From Alphaproteobacteria bacterium (GTDB taxonomy: Bacteria > Pseudomonadota > Alphaproteobacteria > Paracaedibacterales > CAITNM01), in NCBI GenBank assembly GCA_947487955.1, contig CANKYV010000001.1, positions 43,644-107,643 of the forward strand: DNA of 64,000 nt, given 5' to 3'. How positions within the stretch are numbered: position 1 is the stretch's first letter; each line of letters opens with the position of its first letter. Position numbers and translations under genes: made by a program. The notes beneath the pieces are model-generated. The model had not been told where the DNA came from and did no database searches. It was given only the letters and a program-made list of their open reading frames with translations. Shown here piece by piece: positions 36,003 through 43,999 of this stretch.

Positions 36003-36870
36003 ATGACAAGAGAATATATACAAGAAAATGGGATATTCATCCCCTCTGATTTGACATTGAATGAATGCATTGAAAGGTTAGAAAAGCGAAATATTGATAG
36101 GTCAGAACTTATTCTTAGTTCTTATTCAGATAAGCAAAAATGGAAAACAATGATTAACTTTCACCTTTTGGCGTGGGTGTATCGAATAACAGAGCTTGCA
36201 AGAGATATTAAAACCTTAATAACAAATGAAAGGTTTAATACTGCATGGACATGCACCCGCCCTTTTTTAGAAGCAATTATTATTTTCACAGACTATTTGC
36301 GCAGAGCAAAAAATGCAATAGATCAAGATAATGATAAAGAAATAGCTCTACTGTTTATTACGATATTTTCAAGAACAAAGCATGAAGAATTTTTGGACAC
36401 CCAATGTATGGATGTTTCTGTTGATCCTCACATGGAAGTAATAAAAATTAAATATGGGATAAATGAAGAAGAATACATTAAGGCTCTGAAAGCTCCTAAT
36501 AACCAAAACGTTATAGATTCTTTAAGTGAAAAGACGTTTTTTTGAAGGTTATTTTGGATCGGATGCTAAGAATATGAAAAGTGAATATGACGTTCTTAGT
36601 GAATACACACATGCCTCTGCTTTATCAACAAGTGGCCATTATATAAATTATATCTACGCTAACAATAAGCCAAATACCATCGTTTTGACCCGTACTGGGG
36701 TAGATTCGGAAGGATTAAAAAGCCATATAGAGAAATGCTTACAATATATTTTTGTTTTTGAAAAGGTTTATGAAGATTTTTCCGCTTTAGAATCTTGTAT
36801 TGCTGACAAGCTTTCTCAAATCGTCAGTAAAAATAAATCAACTAACAATGCCGAAACAACTACAGTGTAA
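36003..36870 (+). pseudogene. unknown gene split by a +1 frameshift in a T7 run
   Basis: ORFs 36003-36545 and 36526-36870 overlap. Removing one T from TTTTTTT (36536-36542) gives a continuous ...SEKTFFEGYFGSDAK... protein of ~288 aa. No family was recognised. Confidence 0.5.
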
Positions 36871-36875
36871 GACCA

Positions 36876-37733
36876 TTAGCATTTTCCATTCTGCTTTCTC
36901 CTAGCATGGTACTTCTTGCCTTCTTTTTGCTCGGCAAGACGAATGAATTTAGCAAGATAAGGAATATCAGACGATGAAATATCTAGTTGATGCTTTTTGA
37001 TGTACTCTTCAATAAATACTTGAATACTGTCTTTTGCCACTTCTGCTAATTTATCTTTTCCGTGTTCTTCATAAACAGCATTTAGTACCTGCAACCACGG
37101 GGTTGTATAAGTATTGAGATTAATTAAAGACGATGAATTACAAGGTGCGGAGGATGACTTCGGAGAGGGTGGTGCATTAACGCTACTCCTTACTTCTTCT
37201 TCCTTAAAATAAATACTCCCATAAAATTTACCTATAGAGCGAAGATCGCCACAAGCTGCTCCATCTATTAATAGGCGATACCAATGTATATCATAAGACC
37301 AAAATTCTGCGGGTAGCTCATGGTAAGCATAATCTGATAATACATATGATTTAAACTGATTTCCCGATAGCATACTTCGACATTGATGCATAACCAAGAA
37401 TTCAAGCGTATCTTGCATAAAGGAATTCTGATCAGGGTATGCTTTTTGTACGTTATCTATCTTTAATAATTGATATCTTTCATCATTACGGATTGCGATC
37501 TTTAAATTTAAGAGCTTAAAGTGCAGGGGATATTTCTGCTTTTCAACTAGGTAATCCATGACGTTTGGATGCGCAACATCAAACATTGAATATGCATGAT
37601 AGTCATCGGTGATTTCTTTTCCAAACTCTGCTGGGGTAATTTTTGATATAATTGGCTTGGCGAATCCTTTTCCTACCAAGTAAATAAGTTCATATATATT
37701 TATGTAGCCGGGCGCAGATCTAATACTAACCAT
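36876..37733 (-). CDS. hypothetical protein (285 aa)
   Basis: Long ORF downstream of int on the same strand, with a Ser/Pro-rich linker (NAPPSPKSSSAPCNSSS) between two domains. No family was recognised. Confidence 0.4.
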   Translation of the reverse strand: MVSIRSAPGYINIYELIYLVGKGFAKPIISKITPAEFGKEITDDYHAYSMFDVAHPNVMDYLVEKQKYPLHFKLLNLKIAIRNDERYQLLKIDNVQKAYPDQNSFMQDTLEFLVMHQCRSMLSGNQFKSYVLSDYAYHELPAEFWSYDIHWYRLLIDGAACGDLRSIGKFYGSIYFKEEEVRSSVNAPPSPKSSSAPCNSSSLINLNTYTTPWLQVLNAVYEEHGKDKLAEVAKDSIQVFIEEYIKKHQLDISSSDIPYLAKFIRLAEQKEGKKYHARRKQNGKC

Positions 37734-38138
37734 TATTGTTCCTTTTTAAGTAATGAGATTTCTTTGATGTACGTCAAATCATCACCGTAAAAATATTATA
37801 ATTTATTGGCACATATATCGTTGAAATCAATAAATAAACATCAGATTTGGTAACATAGGACTAATTTTGATTAAGTTTCATAAATGAATCAAGAGCAAAA
37901 ATATGAGCGGGAAGAAGAATAAGTTATGAGGGAATCTTGTTGCTTGTCCTTAACGATTTTTGGAGTACATCATAATGAGTTTAAATATCATTCTTAACAA
38001 AATCCGTCTGATATGGAATTAGCTACCATATTTGCCGAGAAATATTTTGGATCAGCATGCTTACTGGCTTATCATGATAACATAAACAATCGCATGATTA
38101 AGACGTTTAAATTGTATTTTCGATACTGAGTTACGTTT

Positions 38139-39347
38139 CTAATTTTTATGTTTAAATGACTCTAGGCTAACAAGCTGCTTTATTCCTCCTGCAGCTAACA
38201 TGGCACCAGTTGCACGATTAACAGATTCACGTACAGGATCTAAATCTAGCCGTGCATAGATTGCAGTCGTACTTGGTGATTTATGGTTTAATGATTTACC
38301 AACTATCACCAGTGATGCACCTGTCTTTGCTTGCCAACTTCCCAGTGTACGCCGCAAATCATGAATCCTTAGGTTGGCAATTCCAGCGCGTTCTAATAGA
38401 CGTTTCCAGGCCTTTTTTGGCTCAACAAGATGACCGGTAACACCAGATCCAGGAAAAACCCATGGAGAACCCTTATCTTGCCTTGTTCGCAAGATTTCAA
38501 CAACCTCGGGCGTCAGAGTAACTGTTTGAGAATCACCATTTTTAGTAATGGGTATGCGCCATTCTCCACGTTCTAGATGTATTTGAGACCATTGCATTGC
38601 TTGAACATTAGAACGCCTAGCTCCAGTTAATAGCAAAACAAGAAAATAGTCTCGCAACGTGTCATTTGGTTCTTTAGCTAGTGACTTAAAAAAGTCAGGT
38701 AATTCATCGGATTGCAAAAAGCGGTCGCGCTTAGTCTCGGGAAATTTTTTGATGCCTTGTGCTGGGTTACCCCCATTAAATAGGCGATGCTCAGAGGCAT
38801 AGCTGAACAAACTAGATGCCATTGCTATAACACGATTAGCAGTAGTTGGGTGATCAGCACCAATCTCAGTGTGTAGTTTAATAAAATCTGTATCTTTAAA
38901 TTGGGATAATTGTCGTTTATTCCATTTTGCTAGATACGAATTAAAGTCATATTGATACGTACTTTTAGTTTTTTCAGAAAGGTATGCCCCTCTCTTATTA
39001 CGGCGATGTTTAAGAAATTGTTCGAACAACTCCAGTAAAGTTGTTTCAGTTTTTAGTGAACGCACGTCAGAGTTCGGGTTAATCCCTTCAACAATCAATG
39101 CATTAATCCGTGCTGCTTCTTTACGGGCTTGCTCGATAGACATATCGGGATAGCGTCCCAGGGTTACACGCTCAGGGTTACCTTTTTTAAGACGTTTAAA
39201 AACACAAAACGTTTTTACTCCAGTACTGGTGACGCGTATCTGTAGGCCGTTTGTTTTTTTATCATGATAAGATTGACGTTGACCATTAGCTGGCAATGGC
39301 AGGATATCTAAAACAGCCTTAGTAAAATTGATTTTGTTGTCTAACAT
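38139..39347 (-). CDS. int: tyrosine recombinase/integrase (P4-type, DUF4102 arm-binding N-terminus)
   Basis: 402 aa. N-terminal KKTNGLQIRVTSTGVKTFCVFKRL, catalytic residues in LTGARRSNV, HDLRRT and LNHKSPSTTAIYARL (Tyr). Confidence 0.9.
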   Translation of the reverse strand: MLDNKINFTKAVLDILPLPANGQRQSYHDKKTNGLQIRVTSTGVKTFCVFKRLKKGNPERVTLGRYPDMSIEQARKEAARINALIVEGINPNSDVRSLKTETTLLELFEQFLKHRRNKRGAYLSEKTKSTYQYDFNSYLAKWNKRQLSQFKDTDFIKLHTEIGADHPTTANRVIAMASSLFSYASEHRLFNGGNPAQGIKKFPETKRDRFLQSDELPDFFKSLAKEPNDTLRDYFLVLLLTGARRSNVQAMQWSQIHLERGEWRIPITKNGDSQTVTLTPEVVEILRTRQDKGSPWVFPGSGVTGHLVEPKKAWKRLLERAGIANLRIHDLRRTLGSWQAKTGASLVIVGKSLNHKSPSTTAIYARLDLDPVRESVNRATGAMLAAGGIKQLVSLESFKHKN

Positions 39348-39375
39348 ATTTTTCTCTAGCTTATCTGATTCATCT

Positions 39376-39394
39376 GGGGTTACACAGGGGTTAC
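39376..39394 (+). promoter_or_regulatory. tandem GGGGTTAC sites (candidate integrase arm-type binding site, right arm / int promoter region)
   Basis: GGGGTTACacaGGGGTTAC in the same orientation as the left copy. It lies between the int start codon (39347) and attR (39515). Confidence 0.45.
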
Positions 39395-39514
39395 AAATTG
39401 GATGAAATTTAGCTTGTTTTTATGCAACTTCATTAAACTAACAATAAGAAATAATCCTTTGTAGGTAAAGAATTATTAAGTAATATTAATCAAGAAAAAA
39501 TGATAGACCTCCAA

Positions 39515-39561
39515 ATTTGTAATCAGTAGGTCGCGGATTCGACTCCTGCAGCCGGCACCAG
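39515..39561 (+). repeat. attR core (displaced partial tRNA-Thr 3' half)
   Basis: atttgtaatcagtaggtcgcggattcgactcctgcagccggcaccag. There is no 5' half upstream. The A at 39537 replaces the T-stem G53-equivalent. Confidence 0.85.
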
Positions 39562-39800
39562 CTCTTCCGTTATTGATGCCATCTCTCCCTATTTATTTTA
39601 ATACAGCTAAGCAAGTCGCGAATTTTTAACGTAAATCATTCAAAGTACCTTCTTCACCTTCAAGTTTGATAAACTCGCTAAGTTATGACACGAAGTAAAA
39701 TTATTTTTTCCAGAGGAAAAATTTAAAATTTTGACGTAGGCATAACTCACTTAGAAACCACACTATTGCTGTGAGGATGTAACTGAGTAGATAGATAGCC

Positions 39801-40220
39801 ATGAAGAAATTTAAAAATCTTATTCTTGCATGCGCCTTACTTGCAGGATTACACGCTGGAGAATTAAAAATCACAAACAGCACTATAATTCCTGTAACGA
39901 TTACAATAACTACAAAGAAAAATAAGAACTCTACCGATATTCAATCTGAAAACATTGAACATGAAGTGCAGGCCGCTGTTATTTTACCAAATCAAGAAAT
40001 TACTATAAATTTGGATGACAAAAAATTCAACGATAGTACTTTTTTAGTTCAAGGGACTATCATTACGGCCCCTCCTATTGTTCCTGTAGTAAGCAATAAA
40101 TGTATGATAAATGGTTACAGCGGTGACGTTATTTTTACTCAAAAAAATTCACAATTGATCTGTAGCGTAGTTCAGATAAGTGCAAATTATCCTTTACATA
40201 ATCAAGAAGATAAACGCTAG
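39801..40220 (+). CDS. small secreted protein, paralogue of 60853-61233
   Basis: 139 aa with a signal peptide (LILACALLAGLHA/GE). It shares FxVQGTxxTxPxIVPxxxNxCxxxG...VxFxxKNxxxICxVxQI with the 126-aa ORF at 60853-61233. Confidence 0.5.
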   Translation: MKKFKNLILACALLAGLHAGELKITNSTIIPVTITITTKKNKNSTDIQSENIEHEVQAAVILPNQEITINLDDKKFNDSTFLVQGTIITAPPIVPVVSNKCMINGYSGDVIFTQKNSQLICSVVQISANYPLHNQEDKR

Positions 40221-40252
40221 TGGATATGAAACACTAGCGCTCACCTAATTAC

Positions 40253-40810
40253 CTACTCCCCAGAAATACTGTTTTCGGATGAACCTTGAATTCCTACAGG
40301 AGTACTTACTGAAGTATCATCGATTAGCGTAATATCCTCATTCGATACGTCAACTTTTTTTGCATAAGAAAAACCATCAGTCCCTTCATATCTAAGAAAG
40401 ACAATAGGACATGGATTAAAATTAATAAAACTTTCCACGCTATTAGTATTTGCTGTAACCAACTCAGTTTGCTGATAACCAACAGTATCACTCTGCTGTG
40501 TAAACAAGACTATTCTTTCAATTGCATTCAGCGGATTTCTAATTAAGATCAAAATTTGTTCTTTGGCAGAGCTACTGTAAAAATATATAGGCAAACAATC
40601 GTAATCTAGGTGTAGCGCTTGAATTTCGTTGACGCAATTTGCTCTTCTCATGCTCTCCTCTTCAGTTATTTCAACAGCGTAATAACCTATTGCCTTCACT
40701 ACACCAGAAGGAGGAGAATTGTACGCAGAAGATCCACCAGGCCTAGCAGGTGCAAAGCACTCACTCATCATTAAAAATGAAAACATTAAAATAGTAAAAA
40801 ATTTGATCAT
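40253..40810 (-). CDS. secreted hypothetical protein
   Basis: 185 aa with an N-terminal signal-like segment (MIKFFTILMFSFLMMSECFA). No family was recognised. Confidence 0.45.
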   Translation of the reverse strand: MIKFFTILMFSFLMMSECFAPARPGGSSAYNSPPSGVVKAIGYYAVEITEEESMRRANCVNEIQALHLDYDCLPIYFYSSSAKEQILILIRNPLNAIERIVLFTQQSDTVGYQQTELVTANTNSVESFINFNPCPIVFLRYEGTDGFSYAKKVDVSNEDITLIDDTSVSTPVGIQGSSENSISGE

Positions 40811-40866
40811 TTATTCCTCGTGTATAAAAAACTAAGTTCTAAGCGTTTATAAAAGCACTCTTTCCA

Positions 40867-41367
40867 TTACTTTGTTCGCAATTTTGTCTTAGTATACTCG
40901 ACAATTTCTTCTACTACCCCATCAATTGCGCTAGCTAATGAACCACCACATACTCCGCTACCTATTTTACCTTCTACCTGAATTTTTCCGATTTCTTTAC
41001 CATTTTGCGTGTTATCAATAAATTTAACTTCTACAGTTGTAGAGCCTTCACCACAATTGCCTATACCACCTGTCATCCAACGCGCAAATCGGTTTCCTTC
41101 GTTCATCTGCAAAAATCTATATTGCAAGATGATGTCGTCTCCTTCGATAAATTCAGCTTTTTTAAATAGTTGGTCGTGCAAGTATTCTTGAAATGCTTTT
41201 TCCACAGAAGGATCAATCATTATCGTATTTTTTTCTTGCTTTAACGTTATTTTTTTGACTTCTTTTTGATATTCTAAAGGTTCTAAAACCATAGTTTTTG
41301 TTGCTCCACACCCTATAAGAGCAAGATTTGCCATTAGCAATAATCCATATAAAAATACTTTTTTCAT
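40867..41367 (-). CDS. lipoprotein (DUF4410-like)
   Basis: 166 aa with lipobox LALIGC. The motif NEGNRFARWMTGGIGNCGEG resembles DUF4410-type lipoproteins; this is from memory and not searched. Confidence 0.55.
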   Translation of the reverse strand: MKKVFLYGLLLMANLALIGCGATKTMVLEPLEYQKEVKKITLKQEKNTIMIDPSVEKAFQEYLHDQLFKKAEFIEGDDIILQYRFLQMNEGNRFARWMTGGIGNCGEGSTTVEVKFIDNTQNGKEIGKIQVEGKIGSGVCGGSLASAIDGVVEEIVEYTKTKLRTK

Positions 41368-41458
41368 CTTTTTTTCATCTAAAAAAATTAATAAAGTACC
41401 TTTAACAAAAAATATAAAGAAAAAGCTACCTATAAAAAACTATAGGTAGGTGTAAATT

Positions 41459-42613
41459 TTATGGTTTTTCAACTGCTTTCCAGCTTTTGGAATACTCAGC
41501 CCACTCAATAGATGCAACATTTTCACCGGGCTCCAACGCATCACGCGTATCAACCATTACGGCAACTTCATCGGTTTCTTTTCTAGAGAATTGAGTAGCA
41601 GTTGCAAATGCGCCTGGGTGTGGGCCATGAGTGAAACCGCAAGGATGCAGCGTTGTCATGCCTGGGTGAATATTATCACGGCTGAAAAACTGCCCACGAT
41701 GGTAAAAAATGAATTCATCAAAATCATCATTATTATGATAAAAAGGCACCTTTAAGGCACCTGGATCGCTTTCAATAGGGCGTGGTGCAAAAGTACACAC
41801 AACAAATCGATGCGCCACAAAAGTTGTGTGCGCTGACGGAGGCAAGTGATAACGATGACTCATCAATGGGCGTATATCATCTACATTAATGCGTACAGGC
41901 GCTAGGTTACCGTGCCAACCCATTGCATCTAAAGGATTAAATGGATATGTTACCACACTGGATTTTCCAAGTCTTTTTATGTGAACTTCCCATTCATGAT
42001 TTGCATCAACCTGCTGTGCTTTGAATTGATCATTAATTTTCGGCGTATCAAGCATTGCTGGGTCAAAAATTGCATGGGGACCTACAATACCTTTGTCAGG
42101 CAGCATGTAGCTGCTATCAGTAGCCTCTATTAATAATATGTGTAGTGGCTCAATGACATCTAGACGCCACATGGTAGAGCGTGGCAATACAACATAATCA
42201 CCTGTTTTAATATGCAAGTGACCGTAGTCACAAAATAGATCTGCTTTGCCTTGATGGATAAATAATAATTGATCACCATCACCGTTGCGCGCCAAATGCG
42301 TCATTGATTTAGAGAGTTGCCACCACCGCATTTCTGTGTGGCGATTGTGTAAAAAAATATCCGTTTTAAATGGACAATTTTTTTCCTGATTCCATTTGTT
42401 AAGATCATAAGCTCTGGGGCGAAGCGGTCCTTCCCATTTTGTCCAGGCTGTTGGCGCATGACGGTGAATCATATGCGTGCAAGGGCCAAAAAATCCTTCT
42501 TTTCCTAATTCACGCTCATAGGTTTTTGAACCATCTTCTTGAATGGGAAAATCCGCATGAGCTTGACGACTAGAAACACCTTCAACAATAGGAAATTCAA
42601 TCCACTTACGCAT
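41459..42613 (-). CDS. homogentisate 1,2-dioxygenase-family (cupin) protein
   Basis: 384 aa with EGFFGPCTHMIHRHAPTAW, a cupin-like core, and YHNNDDFDEFIFYHRG...LHPCGFTHGPHPG resembling the HgmA C-terminal metal-site region. Confidence 0.5.
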   Translation of the reverse strand: MRKWIEFPIVEGVSSRQAHADFPIQEDGSKTYERELGKEGFFGPCTHMIHRHAPTAWTKWEGPLRPRAYDLNKWNQEKNCPFKTDIFLHNRHTEMRWWQLSKSMTHLARNGDGDQLLFIHQGKADLFCDYGHLHIKTGDYVVLPRSTMWRLDVIEPLHILLIEATDSSYMLPDKGIVGPHAIFDPAMLDTPKINDQFKAQQVDANHEWEVHIKRLGKSSVVTYPFNPLDAMGWHGNLAPVRINVDDIRPLMSHRYHLPPSAHTTFVAHRFVVCTFAPRPIESDPGALKVPFYHNNDDFDEFIFYHRGQFFSRDNIHPGMTTLHPCGFTHGPHPGAFATATQFSRKETDEVAVMVDTRDALEPGENVASIEWAEYSKSWKAVEKP

Positions 42614-42682
42614 ATAATCTTACTTTTGTAATGTTGTCACGATCATAAGGGAAAAAGCCCCAAGAGAAAAGTAGCTGATGGT

Positions 42683-43897
42683 TTAAGGGCTATTGTATTT
42701 TTCTCTATCTAAAAGCCCCTCGGAATGATCCACACATAAGGCAACCGTTGCATCACCTGTAATACTAATTGTCGAACGCATCATATCAACAATACGATCA
42801 ATTCCTGCAATTAATGCAATACCTTCGATAGGGAGGCCAATTGAGCCTAGAACCATGGGCAGCATCACAATAGTTCCTCCAGGAATTCCTGCGCCGCCAA
42901 TCGAACCTAAAGTGCCAGTTAAGATAATGCATCCATAATCAGCTACTCCCAGAACTTTTCCTGTGGCTTGCGCGAAAAACAGCGCACAAAGACTTATGTA
43001 AATTGCAATCCCATCCATGTTAATTGATGCACCAAGAGGCAATACAAATGATGAACTGATAGACGATATTCCAAGGCGTTTTTGACAAACTTTGATTGTG
43101 GTCGGTAAAGCTGCTTTTGTACTGCTTGTAGAAAAGGCAAGCGCTTGGTACTCAAGGCTTTTTTTAAAAAATGGAACGGGTGAAAGCTTTGTCCACACAT
43201 AAATAATCAGTCCAAAAATAAGATACTGCACACCAAATGCCAAATATGCACATCCGACTAGCTTTAGAAGTTTTTCCAAAACCATCATTCCTTGAGTGCC
43301 AACAATCCACGCGGTAAGAGCGCATGCAGCTATCGGTGACAGTTGAATAATCAAATGCACCATTTTAAAAACCATTGAAGCCAGTAAAGTAAATATGCTG
43401 CTTAAACGTTTGGATGCTTCATTTTCCATAGTGTTAAGAGTAATACCTGTAAACAAAGCAAAAAAGACAACCTGTAAAATTGTGCCTTGAGCCATTGCAT
43501 CGATAGCGTTTTCAGGAACGATATTTAAAAGGGTATCAAATATTTTAGCCATACTGGCATCGGCAATCTGAGGTGCTCCCTCTCCAGTAAAGTTCAGAAC
43601 AATCCCACTTCCTGGTTCAAATATTGTCCCAACACTTAAGCCAATAACGATAGCAAATAAGGTTGTTAGTAAATAAGTGATGGAAGCCTTTATACCAACT
43701 CTACCCAAAGATTTAGAATCTTGCACACTAGAAATACCACTAATAATTGCGAAAAAAATCAGTGGCACAATAATCATTTTAATAAGGCGAATAAAGAGAT
43801 CACCAAAAGGTTTTAGATAAACTACGTTCTCTTTTAGAGTTAATCCTAAAATGACACCAAGCACCAAACCAATTAGAACTTTTTTCCATAATTTCAT
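42683..43897 (-). CDS. dicarboxylate/amino acid:cation symporter (DAACS family)
   Basis: Multi-TM protein with PLGASINMDG and DRIVDMMRSTISITGDA motifs. The ATG at 43897 (MKLWKKVLIG, with GAGG upstream) is preferred to the TTG at 43924. Confidence 0.85.
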   Translation of the reverse strand: MKLWKKVLIGLVLGVILGLTLKENVVYLKPFGDLFIRLIKMIIVPLIFFAIISGISSVQDSKSLGRVGIKASITYLLTTLFAIVIGLSVGTIFEPGSGIVLNFTGEGAPQIADASMAKIFDTLLNIVPENAIDAMAQGTILQVVFFALFTGITLNTMENEASKRLSSIFTLLASMVFKMVHLIIQLSPIAACALTAWIVGTQGMMVLEKLLKLVGCAYLAFGVQYLIFGLIIYVWTKLSPVPFFKKSLEYQALAFSTSSTKAALPTTIKVCQKRLGISSISSSFVLPLGASINMDGIAIYISLCALFFAQATGKVLGVADYGCIILTGTLGSIGGAGIPGGTIVMLPMVLGSIGLPIEGIALIAGIDRIVDMMRSTISITGDATVALCVDHSEGLLDREKYNSP

Positions 43898-43999
43898 CGA
43901 CAACAAAACCTCATAAATCTTCAAATTAATTTTTTACATGCATCAAAGCCATCAAACGCGTAATATGGGGGAAGTTTTTAAAGATTCCTATTAAATAAA

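Larger units (their letters stand above)
14901..39561. mobile_element. ~24.6-kb integrative genomic island in tRNA-Thr (int, alpA, primase backbone; toxin, glycosyltransferase and defence-type cargo)
   Basis: 47-nt direct repeats of the tRNA-Thr 3' half sit at both ends. A tyrosine integrase, an AlpA-type excisionase/regulator and a Toprim/P-loop primase lie inside, and matching GGGGTTAC tandem sites occur near both ends. Confidence 0.8.

Noticed and set aside
39701-39883. 60-aa minus-strand ORF just outside attR.
   Set aside because: It overlaps the start and signal peptide of the better-supported plus-strand gene 39801-40220 and has no motif.
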